Below, piece after piece: positions 18,943 through 28,992 of a stretch of DNA of 42,638 nt. Position numbers and translations under genes: made by a program. The notes under the pieces are model-generated. The model was not told where the DNA came from and did not search any database. It saw only the letters and a program-made list of their open reading frames with translations. Position 1 is the first letter of the stretch, and every line of letters starts with the position of its first letter. This DNA is from Candidatus Hydrogenedentota bacterium (GTDB lineage: Bacteria; Hydrogenedentota; Hydrogenedentia; Hydrogenedentales; JAEUWI01), in the NCBI GenBank assembly GCA_034669905.1, contig JAXMOL010000062.1:1-42638 (forward strand), in the 5' to 3' direction.

Positions 18943-20511
18943 ATGACACGCCGTACCCTAGCCCTATTCCTCGTCACGCTCAGCGGCTTTGCTGCCCATG
19001 CGAACACCCTGGCCAGTGGCCGGGTTTATCTCGACGAAAACCAAAACCAACAGTGGGATGCCACCGAAGAGGGTTTGGCCGACGTCGCCGTCTCCAACGG
19101 CCGTGAGGTCGTCCGCACCGACGCCGAAGGAAAGTGGTCCCTCCCCATCGATGATCATGGCAGTGTTTTCGTCGTCAAGCCCGCCCATTACCAACTCCCG
19201 GTCAACGATGCCCAGATCCCCCGGCACTATTACCTGCACAGCACCCAGGGTTCTCCCGAACTGCCCGTGCCTGGCATTGCACCCACGGGCCCACTGCCGA
19301 AGAGCATCGACTTTGCCCTCACGCCCCACCCGGAAGACCAGCCCTTCAGTGGCCTCTTTTTTGGCGACACCCAGGCACGGGGACTGCGCGAAGTGAATTT
19401 CGTAACCCATGATGTGGTGGAAGAGTGCCTCGACACGGAGGCCATCTTCGGCGTCTCCCTCGGGGACATCGTGGCCGATGACCCGGCGCTCTTCTCAGAA
19501 ATCAGCGAGAGCATCGCCCAGATCGGCATCCCCTGGTACAACGTCTTCGGCAACCACGACAACAACCGGGGCGCCACGGAAAACAAGTACACCGACGACA
19601 CCTTCGAACGCTTCTTCGGCCCCAGCACCTACGCCTTCGAATATGGCGAAGTCGTCTTCATCCCCCTCAACAATATCTACTTCCCCCCGGAAAAGAAGGG
19701 CTATACCGCCGCCTTCACCGACGACCAGCTGGCCTTCGTCAAAAACTATCTCGCCGGGGTGCCCAAAGAAAAACTGGTCGTCCTCATGATGCACGTCCCC
19801 ATCGTCCGGTGTAAGCAGCGGGACGAAATGCTGGCGCTCCTGGCCGACCGCCCCCACACCCTCACCATCGCCGCCCATGTGCACGAGCAGATTCACCTCT
19901 TTATGGATGAGACCCACGGTTGGAAAGGCCCCGAGCCCCACCACCTCTTTATCAACGCCACGGTCTCCGGCAGTTGGTGGTGTGGCGCCCAGGACGAGCG
20001 GGGCATCCCCCACGCCACCATGAACGATGGCGCGCCCAACGGCTACTCGAAAATCACCTTCGACGGCAACCAGTACGCCATTGAATTCAAGGCCGCCAGT
20101 CGCCCCGCCGACTATCAGATGAATATCTACCTCGCCGATGATGTGCCGGAAGACACCCTCGCCGACACGGAAGTGCTCGTCAACGTATTCGCAGGCTCCG
20201 CGCGCAGCACAGTGGAAATGCAGGTGGGCAAAAAAGGCCCCTGGCTCGCCATGGAACAAACCATCACCATCGACCCCGAATGCCTCCGCATGCACGAGCA
20301 AAGCCCCTTCCTCGATGCCACCGTGGAAGGCGTCAAGCTGGACACCCTCTTCGGCTGGAAGATGGACTACCCCAGCAAGTCCTACCATATGTGGAAAGCC
20401 AAGCTGCCAAGGGACATTGAAACCGGCACCCACACCCTCACCGTCCGCACCACCGACATGTTCGGCCAGACCTACACCGGCAAACGCATCTTCCGGGTGC
20501 GCGCCGAATAA
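18943..20511 (+). CDS. Secreted calcineurin-like metallophosphoesterase (N- and C-terminal accessory domains)
   Basis: Signal peptide; GRVYLDENQN...VAVSNG N-domain; GDTQ, LGDIV, GNHD, MHVP, AAHVH, SGSWW..DGAPNGY motifs; GAAGGA RBS. Confidence 0.92.
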   Translation: MTRRTLALFLVTLSGFAAHANTLASGRVYLDENQNQQWDATEEGLADVAVSNGREVVRTDAEGKWSLPIDDHGSVFVVKPAHYQLPVNDAQIPRHYYLHSTQGSPELPVPGIAPTGPLPKSIDFALTPHPEDQPFSGLFFGDTQARGLREVNFVTHDVVEECLDTEAIFGVSLGDIVADDPALFSEISESIAQIGIPWYNVFGNHDNNRGATENKYTDDTFERFFGPSTYAFEYGEVVFIPLNNIYFPPEKKGYTAAFTDDQLAFVKNYLAGVPKEKLVVLMMHVPIVRCKQRDEMLALLADRPHTLTIAAHVHEQIHLFMDETHGWKGPEPHHLFINATVSGSWWCGAQDERGIPHATMNDGAPNGYSKITFDGNQYAIEFKAASRPADYQMNIYLADDVPEDTLADTEVLVNVFAGSARSTVEMQVGKKGPWLAMEQTITIDPECLRMHEQSPFLDATVEGVKLDTLFGWKMDYPSKSYHMWKAKLPRDIETGTHTLTVRTTDMFGQTYTGKRIFRVRAE

Positions 20512-20828
20512 AAGGGGACTCCTTGGAGTGCGGCAGCTTGTTGCTGCTTCTCCCCAAAGAGCCTGCCCCCCCACTGCGCGATCGAACATTCCAGTTCATG
20601 CGACGGCGCGGTGAGACGTCGTTCGGTGCGGTGTCGTTGTGGGAAGCCTTCCTGATGCCGATGGGAATGGTGTATTGCGCCTGGCGCGGGCCTGGAGGTA
20701 GGGCCGTAGTCGTCGCTCCCATCCCGCGCACGAACCGGGAATACCGGATCGCGCGGCACGATTATTGGATTCAGTTCGTTCTGGCGGAGTGATTCTCTGT
20801 GGGTACCCACCCACGGCCCATGAACCAA

Positions 20829-20873
20829 CAAAAAAAAACGCCCCCGCAGTCCCAGGTGGGATTGCGGGGGCGC
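20829..20873 (-). terminator. Rho-independent terminator of the PEP-CTERM gene
   Basis: CGCCCCCGCAGTCCC / GGGATTGCGGGGGCG hairpin with a long A-tract on + (U-tract on -). Confidence 0.85.
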
Positions 20874-20909
20874 AAACGAATCGCTTGTAGCTACGCTACC
20901 CGGAAAGCC

Positions 20910-21692
20910 TTAGGCCTTCTTGCGACGGGCGCGGGCGGCGAGACCACCCAGACCCATGAGAAGCAGGCTGACGGTCGCAGGTTCCGGAATCGGAGCAGAA
21001 GCCGAGAAGACTTCAGGACCCGCACCCTTGTTCAGCGTAACCGTCAGGTTTTCGATTTCGTAGTTACCCACGAAGTTGCTCTGCGTATCACCGAAAATGA
21101 GGTTGAAGCCATAGCCGCCACGGGGAGCGCCGGTACCCACACCGACCGTAGGGCCAACCGGACCCGCAAAGATCTTAACGTTGTCCGAAATGTCCGCCAA
21201 CGTGGCGTTGGAGCCATTGAGGGTCAAGTACTGGCTGGAACGTCCACCCGTACCCGCATCAAAGAGCCAGTCGAATCCGCCACCCGGGCCGAATTCGAAA
21301 ATCTTCCACTGGTCACGGGTAGCGAAATCGGTACCGCGGTAGTCGTTCTCGGAGGAGATTACGGCGTAGTTCGTGCCGTCCGTAACCCAGATATTGAGGT
21401 AGCTAACCACGCCCGCTTTACCAGAAACCTTGTCCCAATCGACGGACGCGATATCGTTCAGCTCACAGCCATCAAATTCATTCGTACCATAACCGACCTT
21501 CTGACCTGAGCGGGGGGTCATGGCAAGGAACCCGTCACCGGCCGCATTCTCGATGATGGACAGGTCGCTGTCCCATGGGGCCGTGATCGAGCCATCATTG
21601 TTGCGGATGTTGAAGGCGTGGAAATCCACCGTGGCGGCCTGGGCCACACTGCCTGCGAGGAGCGCGAGCCCCAAAATCATACTTTTCTTCAT
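20910..21692 (-). CDS. PEP-CTERM exosortase target protein
   Basis: MKKSMILGLALLAGSVAQA signal peptide; C-terminal IPEPATVSLLLMGLGGLAARARRKKA. Confidence 0.92.
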   Translation of the reverse strand: MKKSMILGLALLAGSVAQAATVDFHAFNIRNNDGSITAPWDSDLSIIENAAGDGFLAMTPRSGQKVGYGTNEFDGCELNDIASVDWDKVSGKAGVVSYLNIWVTDGTNYAVISSENDYRGTDFATRDQWKIFEFGPGGGFDWLFDAGTGGRSSQYLTLNGSNATLADISDNVKIFAGPVGPTVGVGTGAPRGGYGFNLIFGDTQSNFVGNYEIENLTVTLNKGAGPEVFSASAPIPEPATVSLLLMGLGGLAARARRKKA

Positions 21693-22147
21693 TACGTAGT
21701 CCCTTTCTGCTGCTTCTTCCATTGACCTAACACCTTGGGAACACGTGGGATAGCCACCTGTCCGGTCTGGGCTGCCTACTGCCGGTAAGACGTACCGGTA
21801 GATACACGGATTGCGTCAGACCTATTAAGTCCAAAAAATGAATGAAGAAGAACGTAACCGCCGCACTGGTCATTTCGAATCGGAAAATCCCGATCCGAAG
21901 CCTGCGCCGACCTACCCAAACAGGTACGAAACAGGCACTACTTTGTAATAACCAATACCCCAATTCTTCGTCACACAAGCGAAGTATAACAAAAAAATGT
22001 CAATTCGGCAATAGTTTGACACTTTCTCGTTACAATTCGCTTGGAGTACAGCAATGGTGTCCTGTGGGAGAAGAGGAGTACGGCAGGAAAAGGGCGCGCA
22101 GAAGGCACTTTCCCTGGGGAGGTATGGAAGGAAGGAAGGGAAGAAAT

Positions 22148-22240
<93 letters not shown>

Positions 22241-22386
22241 GCGCTGGGAACACAAAGTGTAGCAAATACCAGATAGAGGTTGCCACCTGATTGACCACAA
22301 AGGTGCAGAAAAGCCGCTCAAGGACTCCGGAGAGCATTCCTTGAGCGGCGGGTAGCATTCACCCTTGAATAGGGGCGCAAACGGGC

Positions 22387-24306
22387 TTACTGGTGGGGAT
22401 TACTCAGGTGATAGAAGAAGCCGTCTTCCGCTCCAATCAGGAGGTCACCCACACCGTTTTGGTCCCAATCCACGATGGCGGGACAGGTCGTGTGGCCCGC
22501 AAGCAGGTGGGGATCCACCAAGCCTTCGTTTTTGAACTGGTATTCACCAGGCTTTTCGGCGATATTCCGCATGAAATCAATGTTCTTACTGTTAATCAGG
22601 ATATCCAGCTTGCCATCCTGGTCCCAGTCGAAAAGAACGAACTTGCGGCGGCCGCTTCCGCCACCATCCCGTGTGTTCAGCCGAAGCGCGTCGCCCTTTT
22701 CATCCTTGAAGATGCGCTGGGGCGGATTGAGCACCAAGGCATCGCCCTCCTTACTCCGCTCGAAAAAGGCCAGGTAGCCCTCCTGATCGAGCATGATGAG
22801 ATCATTGAGCCCGTCGCCATTGAGATCCTGCACGACGGGGCTGGTGCGCCACTGGGTCACCAGCTCTTTCCCTTTGGGATTCCACCAGAACCAGGCCGGT
22901 TTCGGTGTTTCACCTTTCCAGGCCACTTCGATGGGCTGGGCAGCCGAAAGCTGGGGCTTGCCCGCTTCACCCACATTCTTGTACCACTGCACCTTGCCCC
23001 AGATGGAGTTGATAATCACGTCGGCCAGCCCATCATGGTCCCAGTCGGCCACGTTGAGCACGGTGTAACCCCATTTCGCTTCTGCAGGCCCCTGGATCGA
23101 GCCATTGGGACCTGCCAGGATACGGAGGGGCGCTCCATCGACCTGAAGATAGACGGGCTTCGCCCAGACGGGCTCCGCACCGCCACCCAGGTTTTCCACG
23201 AAACTAATGTAGCCCGCCGTGTCTCCGGCCACGATATCTTCGTCGCCATCGCCATCCCAGTCAAAGCCGACCGGTGTCGTAAGGGCACCCACCTTCACCG
23301 TGTCCGCTTCCTGCTGGAGATACCGGGGCGGCGTAAACCGGGGCACCCCTTCATTGAATGCACCCGTACCCAGCATCAAGACCACCCGACCATCTTCTTT
23401 CCCCACGAAAATATCGGGATTGCCATCGTCGTTCCAGTCGAATACCACGACCTGAAGCATCTGGAGGTCCAGGTGCAAGGTCTCTCCGTCCTGCTGCAAG
23501 AACCGTCCTGCCGCATATTTCGGCGCGGTGCGGCTGCCCACATTCTCAAAGTAGGAAATGCGATCGAGAAATTCGCCGGCGATGATGTCGAGGTCACCAT
23601 CCTTATCCATGTCCACAAAGTTGGGCGAAGGGCACCCGTAGACATTCAACGGGCCATCCCCTGCCTGCACCTGCATGGCTTCGGCGTAGACGGGCGCGTC
23701 GTTAGTGCCCGTGTTTCGCATGACGTAGATATAACCATGGATCTGGTCGTTGGTCCACTCGCCCTGGTCGTTGAACGCATCATCCCAGCCGTAATCGGTC
23801 CAGTCACTGGCACCGACCACCAGATCGCGCACGCCATCGCCGTCGTAGTCGACAAACTTCCACTGCTTCGCCCGCGTCGCCTTGAAGGTCGGTTCATACG
23901 GTATGGCCACAGGCGCGTCGAAAAAGCTCTCCGTAAACTTCGGGAAGTATTTCCCGGGTTCGGTAATAAACCACTCCGCCCCGTCGTAGGAAATCATCGC
24001 ATTGTGTTTTACGCCGGAAAGACGCACGGCGGGCTTGAACACCGGCCAGTCCACCTTCCCCGACACGTTTTCAAAGAAATAGATGCCGTTATAGGGCTTG
24101 TCCGCCGTCGCACAGAGCAGGTCATTGTCCCCATCACCATCATAATCCACCGGCATGGGAGAAGCCCAAAGCCCTACCCCCAGGTCCACCGTAAGTCCCG
24201 GATTGTTGTAGGGAAGCCGAATCATCTTCGAATCTTCAGACAGGGGCAGGGCTACGGCCGTGGCACTGAGGAGCCCCGTCAACGCCCAAGCAGAAATAGA
24301 ATGCAT
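22387..24306 (-). CDS. Secreted FG-GAP/VCBS repeat protein
   Basis: Signal peptide; repeated D[YW]DGDGDxD[LI]...[FY]ENxG motifs (about 9). Confidence 0.9.
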   Translation of the reverse strand: MHSISAWALTGLLSATAVALPLSEDSKMIRLPYNNPGLTVDLGVGLWASPMPVDYDGDGDNDLLCATADKPYNGIYFFENVSGKVDWPVFKPAVRLSGVKHNAMISYDGAEWFITEPGKYFPKFTESFFDAPVAIPYEPTFKATRAKQWKFVDYDGDGVRDLVVGASDWTDYGWDDAFNDQGEWTNDQIHGYIYVMRNTGTNDAPVYAEAMQVQAGDGPLNVYGCPSPNFVDMDKDGDLDIIAGEFLDRISYFENVGSRTAPKYAAGRFLQQDGETLHLDLQMLQVVVFDWNDDGNPDIFVGKEDGRVVLMLGTGAFNEGVPRFTPPRYLQQEADTVKVGALTTPVGFDWDGDGDEDIVAGDTAGYISFVENLGGGAEPVWAKPVYLQVDGAPLRILAGPNGSIQGPAEAKWGYTVLNVADWDHDGLADVIINSIWGKVQWYKNVGEAGKPQLSAAQPIEVAWKGETPKPAWFWWNPKGKELVTQWRTSPVVQDLNGDGLNDLIMLDQEGYLAFFERSKEGDALVLNPPQRIFKDEKGDALRLNTRDGGGSGRRKFVLFDWDQDGKLDILINSKNIDFMRNIAEKPGEYQFKNEGLVDPHLLAGHTTCPAIVDWDQNGVGDLLIGAEDGFFYHLSNPHQ

Positions 24307-24482
24307 AAAAGGGTACCTTTCGTCGCGCAGTATGGGTGCCTAACGCTCCCGACCCCACAGGGCCCGCGCATGGTTGCTTTCAGGTTGGCATGCGTACGAT
24401 TCGCTATTCTACGGAAGCCCGGGCCCGGATTCCATGCCGTAGCCGGGAAGGCCGAACCGCCGCGCTGTTTCCATGGCGTTCA

Positions 24483-24527
24483 TTGACATGGACACCACTT
24501 GGGGGCTAGTATGAATACACGTTCATA
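24483..24527 (+). promoter_or_regulatory. sigma70 promoter with overlapping palindromic TetR-type operator
   Basis: TTGACA-N18-TAGTAT; TATGAA-tacacg-TTCATA palindrome at 24510-24527 overlapping the -10/+1. Confidence 0.65.
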
Positions 24528-24533
24528 TTATGA

Positions 24534-25637
24534 ATGCACCCTCAACCACCCCAACGCACGGACCCGATGGCGTCCGGGCAGGTGTTTCTAAGCGATATGA
24601 CCCAACGACGCCGCAACCACGATATCCTCGATGCCGCCGAGCAACTCTTCTATGCCAAAGGCTTTGCCCAAACCACCATGGATGCGGTGGCCCGGGAAGC
24701 AGGCGTCTCGGTAGGCACCCTGTACAACACCTTTCAGGGCAAAGAAGATCTCTATGCCCAGGTGGCCGAACGGATCGGGGAAACCGTTATGGATCGACTG
24801 ACGACCTATGTAAAAGGCTCCACCCCGGAAGAGGCGGTGCTTGATGTCATCCGCCTGCGCCTCTACAACCACAACCGCGATCGGCTCTTTTTTCAGCCCT
24901 TCTGTTTCCCGAGTTATTTAGGAATCGAACCCCAGCCCAATCAATTGGGGCCCCGGGTCAACAAGCTCCATCGTCGCTACCAGGACTTTGTCGAGCACCT
25001 CTTCGACCGGGTCCAGGGGCGCAACCACCGCCGGGACGACACCTCAGTCAAGATGGTCGTCTATCTCGACGGACTGATTGCTGCCTTTGTGGGCTATTGG
25101 TCGGGCAGTGTACAGGCCGATTCGCTGGCCAAGGCCGCGCGGGAAATGCGCGACATGCTGTTTCGCTCCCTCGCGGGGGGCACAGTTCCGGTAGAAGACG
25201 GAGACGGGCTGCGCCTTGCGGAAGAGCGGGCCACCTGTGTCAACCAATACGACTTTGACCGGCTCAAGGAACTCATATCCGTCGTACGCGTATTTGGCCG
25301 AAAAGAATGGCAGGACAATGCGGACACCCTGGACAAGGTGCTGACGGAAGCGCGGGTAACATCCCCCCGGGAAGTACCCGGCGATGTGGTCACCATGAAC
25401 GCCCGGGTCCGACTGCGGGAAATCCACGAGGGCGAAGAACAGATTGTCGTGCTGGTCTTCCCGCGGGATCTCCACGCCCATGAATCCAATGTATGCATCC
25501 TCGATCCCCTGGGGCTGGGCCTCTATGGGCGCCGTCTGGGGGATTGCTTTGAAGTCTGCGGAAAACGCGGCACCGCGACCTACCAGGTAGAAGAGTTGCT
25601 CTACCAGCCCGAACGTGCGGGCGACTACCATATCTAA
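24534..25637 (+). CDS. TetR/AcrR regulator fused to a C-terminal Rnk (GreA/GreB-family) domain
   Basis: HTH ILDAAEQLFYAKGFAQTTMDAVAREAGVSVGTLYNTFQGKEDL; C-terminal DFDRLKEL...VPGDVVTMNARV...LVFP...ILDPLGLGLYG...LYQPERAG. Start uncertain. Confidence 0.88.
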   Translation: MHPQPPQRTDPMASGQVFLSDMTQRRRNHDILDAAEQLFYAKGFAQTTMDAVAREAGVSVGTLYNTFQGKEDLYAQVAERIGETVMDRLTTYVKGSTPEEAVLDVIRLRLYNHNRDRLFFQPFCFPSYLGIEPQPNQLGPRVNKLHRRYQDFVEHLFDRVQGRNHRRDDTSVKMVVYLDGLIAAFVGYWSGSVQADSLAKAAREMRDMLFRSLAGGTVPVEDGDGLRLAEERATCVNQYDFDRLKELISVVRVFGRKEWQDNADTLDKVLTEARVTSPREVPGDVVTMNARVRLREIHEGEEQIVVLVFPRDLHAHESNVCILDPLGLGLYGRRLGDCFEVCGKRGTATYQVEELLYQPERAGDYHI

Positions 25638-25869
25638 TGGTGTGAATTAGAAATGTGGACCTATGAGTTCGCTTGAACCTGCGGAGAACTTCGGTAATAA
25701 ATTCCCCTCCCGGGAGGGTCGCAGATGCGCCGTGGCGGATTAGGGGTGGGTTGGGTTTCTTTTCATGACGTGACCCACCCCCGGCCCCTCCAAGGAGGGG
25801 AGTAATCCTCAGTAACTCAGGTAATTCAGGCTGCTGTAATAATGGCCCATCTGTTTAATCAAACCACTA
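25635..25869 (+). mobile_element. MITE-like element copy 1 (235 bp, with internal REP-like palindromes)
   Basis: Ends TAATGGTGTGAATTA...TAATCAAACCACTA are imperfect inverted repeats; homologous to 36007-36160 in reverse orientation. Confidence 0.75.
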
Positions 25870-25913
25870 ACACAATGGCGTGTGCCGAAACGGCACCACA
25901 AGAGGTATTCACC

Positions 25914-26333
25914 ATGGCAAAACAAATCTGGACTACCACCAAAGACAAGGAGCGGCTCCTGGCCTGCCTGGAGCTCATGGAACTCGATTCCGGCCACCGC
26001 GAACGGCCCCACATCCAGGAACTTTCCGTCGAACTGGAACGGGCGGAGGTCGTGGAAGACCCATCCCAAACACCCAACGACCTCATCACCATGCGCTCCC
26101 AGGTGGAACTGAAGAACCTGTCGACGGGCCGGCCCCTGCGCTGCACCCTGGTCTACCCGGAAGAAGGCAATCCCGAAGAAGCGCGCATTTCGGTCCTCGC
26201 ACCGTTGGGGACCGCCATGTTGGGCCACCGGGTGGGCGACACCTTTGAAGTGCGTCTACCCAAAGGACCCACTACCTTTGAAGTGGCCAGCCTCCCCTAT
26301 CAACCCGAGATGGCCGGAGACTTCCACTTGTAA
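25914..26333 (+). CDS. rnk: Regulator of nucleoside diphosphate kinase (Rnk, GreA/GreB family)
   Basis: IWTTTKDKERL...ELERAEVV...DLITMRSQV...TLVYPEE...ISVLAPLGTAMLG...YQPEMAG; GAGG RBS before ATG 25914. Confidence 0.9.
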   Translation: MAKQIWTTTKDKERLLACLELMELDSGHRERPHIQELSVELERAEVVEDPSQTPNDLITMRSQVELKNLSTGRPLRCTLVYPEEGNPEEARISVLAPLGTAMLGHRVGDTFEVRLPKGPTTFEVASLPYQPEMAGDFHL

Positions 26334-26402
26334 TCAGGATGGGGGCCGGGGGTATGCTTGCGGGGTTCTGTACATCAAACCCAGTCTCAACGGAGTCCTG
26401 TT

Positions 26403-28010
26403 TTGAAGTCTTCTCCCATCCCCCTGGCCCCCATCTTCCTTGTGCTTTTCGCTGTCTTCCTCGCGCCCGCCGCACCGGCGACGGATACCCTCTACGCCCA
26501 GGCCCACCGCGGCGGCCTGCGGGAAGTGCCCGAAAACACCCTGGCCGCCTTCTACGAAGCCTGGCGTCTCGGCACCCTCCCGGAAATCGATATCCGCACC
26601 ACAGCGGACGGCACCATCATCTGCCTCCACGATGCCACCCTGAAGCGAACCACCAACGCGACCGACCAGGCCGAGGTGCCGGTTTCGCAGTTGCCCCTCA
26701 AGGACGTGCAACGTTATGACGCGGGGAGCTGGTTCGACCCGGCATTCGCCCATGAGCGCATTCCCACGCTGAAACAGGTCTTTCAGGTCTTACAACGACA
26801 TCGCGACTACCAGATTTACCTCGACCTGAAAGCCGTGGACCTGGCCCAACTGACAGCCCTCATCGAAACCTACCAGGTGGCGGACCAGATCATTTTCTCC
26901 CACAACCGCGTGGCCTCCTGCGAAGCCATGAAGTCCACCATCCCTGCCCTCCGGACCATGTTGTGGATCGGAGGGGACGCCGAAGCCATATGGCGTACCT
27001 ACCAGACTGCGGCCGCTTCGGGCTTCGCCCACCTCGATCAGGTGCAGTTGCATCTGAAACCCGCCGAGGGCACCTGGCCCTTTGCCCTCAGCCGGGAACG
27101 ACTCCAGACTGCCGTTACGGAAACCCGGGCAGCCGGTGTCGATCTCGAAGTATTGCCCTTTACCTTCACTCCCCAATCCCTCCACGAGCTGGTGGCGCTC
27201 GGTATTCAGTGGTATGCCACCGACGAGCCACAGCGCTTCCGGAAAGCCTTGTCCGACAAGTCGGCCGCAGAAACGTTTCTGACTAACGGCATCACGGCCC
27301 ACCGCGGCGACTCGGGTGCCTATCCTGAAAACACCCTGGCCGCCATCGACGCGGCCATCGCACTCGGTGCAGACTGGGTTGAAGTGGATATCTTCAAGAC
27401 GTCCGATGGGAAACTGGTCGTCACCCACGACGCCACCACGGCCCGCTTTGGCGATAAGAATATGGAGGTGGCAAAGAGCACCCTCGCCCAACTCCAGACC
27501 ATCGACGTGGCTGCAGGATTCCGCACGGAAAAGGGGCTGGACTACACCCAGTGTCCTCCGGCCACCATGCCCACGCTGGAGCAGGTTATTGCACGGGTCC
27601 AGCGACAGCGCCGTACGCGTCTTTCCATTCAGCCCAAGATGGCTGTCGTCGACGATGCCATTCGATTGATACGGTCCCTCAAGGCGGAAGCCTGGGTCGG
27701 TTTTAACGACGGCGACCTGAAGAAAATGGCCCGGGTGAAGGAACTGGCGCCGGAAATACCGGTCTTCTGGGATCGCTTCCAAGAATCCCCCCTCCTCGAA
27801 GATATGGAGACGGCGCGAAGACATGGCTTTGAGAGTCTCGTGCCCCATGTGGGTGCCCTTAACCCGTCGGTAGTCGCCCAGATGAAAAAGGCCGGTTTCG
27901 AAGTCGGTGCCTGGACCGTGAATGATACAAAGACCATGCGATGGCTCCTCGACATGGGCGTCGACCGCATCTACACAGACTACCCCGACCGACTGCGCGC
28001 CCTGAAATGA
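26403..28010 (+). CDS. Secreted glycerophosphodiester phosphodiesterase with two tandem GDPD domains
   Basis: Two AHRG..PENTLAA..E[IV]D..T.DG...HD units; C-terminal WTVND...GVDRIYTDYP; hydrophobic signal peptide; GGAG RBS before TTG 26403 (ORF track start 26358). Confidence 0.9.
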   Translation: MKSSPIPLAPIFLVLFAVFLAPAAPATDTLYAQAHRGGLREVPENTLAAFYEAWRLGTLPEIDIRTTADGTIICLHDATLKRTTNATDQAEVPVSQLPLKDVQRYDAGSWFDPAFAHERIPTLKQVFQVLQRHRDYQIYLDLKAVDLAQLTALIETYQVADQIIFSHNRVASCEAMKSTIPALRTMLWIGGDAEAIWRTYQTAAASGFAHLDQVQLHLKPAEGTWPFALSRERLQTAVTETRAAGVDLEVLPFTFTPQSLHELVALGIQWYATDEPQRFRKALSDKSAAETFLTNGITAHRGDSGAYPENTLAAIDAAIALGADWVEVDIFKTSDGKLVVTHDATTARFGDKNMEVAKSTLAQLQTIDVAAGFRTEKGLDYTQCPPATMPTLEQVIARVQRQRRTRLSIQPKMAVVDDAIRLIRSLKAEAWVGFNDGDLKKMARVKELAPEIPVFWDRFQESPLLEDMETARRHGFESLVPHVGALNPSVVAQMKKAGFEVGAWTVNDTKTMRWLLDMGVDRIYTDYPDRLRALK

Positions 28011-28066
28011 GCGGCAGGCTGCCAACACATGCCGCACGATCCGGTACGCCGGTCTATTCGGCCCAC

Positions 28067-28111
28067 TTGAACCCATCGGCGCTCCTGCGCTATACTTCGT
28101 CATATGGCGAA
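28067..28111 (+). promoter_or_regulatory. ars promoter and palindromic ArsR operator
   Basis: TTGAAC-N18-TATACT followed by the near-perfect palindrome TTCGTCATATGGCGAA (28096-28111). Confidence 0.7.
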
Positions 28112-28124
28112 ATGAGGAAATGAT

Positions 28125-28490
28125 ATGGACCACCTGATTGCCATCACCAAAGCCCTGGCCGATGAGAACCGCGTGCGGGCGCTGGGCGCACTGCGAGAAC
28201 AGTCCCTCTGTGTCTGTCAGATCGTAGAGTTGCTCGAGCTCGCGCCGTCTACCGTGTCCAAGCACCTGGCCATTCTTCGCCAGGCGGGCTTAGTGACGTC
28301 ACGCAAGGAAGGCCGTTGGATTTATTTCGCCCTGCCCGAGTCTGAGCACCCGTCCGATGTGACGCCCACCTTGACCTGGTTGTTTGCGCAGTTAGACGAT
28401 TCGCCCCAGTATGCGGCGGACCGGAAACGGCTCCAGGCAATCTTGAAGCAGGATCCCGTAGACCTATGTCAGAGACAAAACAGAAGCTGA
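28125..28490 (+). CDS. arsR: ArsR/SmtB arsenic-responsive repressor
   Basis: KALADENRVR, LCVCQI, STVSKHLAILRQAGLV..RKEGRWIYF. Confidence 0.93.
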   Translation: MDHLIAITKALADENRVRALGALREQSLCVCQIVELLELAPSTVSKHLAILRQAGLVTSRKEGRWIYFALPESEHPSDVTPTLTWLFAQLDDSPQYAADRKRLQAILKQDPVDLCQRQNRS

Positions 28491-28906
28491 ACGTATTATT
28501 CCTTTGCACCGGCAACTCCTGCCGGAGCCAGATGGCCGAAGGGTGGTGCCGCCACCTCAAGGGGGATACGATCCAGGCCTTTTCGGCCGGTATCGAAACC
28601 CACGGCCTCAATCCCAACGCCGTCCGCGTGATGAAAGAAGCCGGCGTCGATATTTCGGGCCAGAAATCGGAGCACATCGATTCCTTCCGTGACACGCCCC
28701 TGGACCACGTCGTCAGTGTGTGTGGCCACGCCCACGAAAACTGTCCCATCTTCCCCGGCACCACCAAAGTAACCCACGTGGGCTTTGACGATCCGCCCCG
28801 CCTGGCCCGCGAGGAAGCCGACGAAGAAGCGGGCCTGGTGCACTACCGCCGGGTACGCGATGAGATTCGCGCCTTCGTCGAGACCCTTCCCGAGGCCCTC
28901 GTATAG
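28466..28906 (+). CDS. arsC: Thioredoxin-type arsenate reductase (LMWP family)
   Basis: VLFLCTGNSCRSQMAEG, VC..AHENCPIFP, FDDP, RRVRDEI. Confidence 0.95.
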   Translation: MSETKQKLNVLFLCTGNSCRSQMAEGWCRHLKGDTIQAFSAGIETHGLNPNAVRVMKEAGVDISGQKSEHIDSFRDTPLDHVVSVCGHAHENCPIFPGTTKVTHVGFDDPPRLAREEADEEAGLVHYRRVRDEIRAFVETLPEALV

Positions 28907-28992
28907 CGCCCCCATGTGTTGAACCGGGGCGGCCACACCCCGACCGCCCGTGAAACCACTTCGTGCCATACCATTCCATGAGAGGAATTTCA

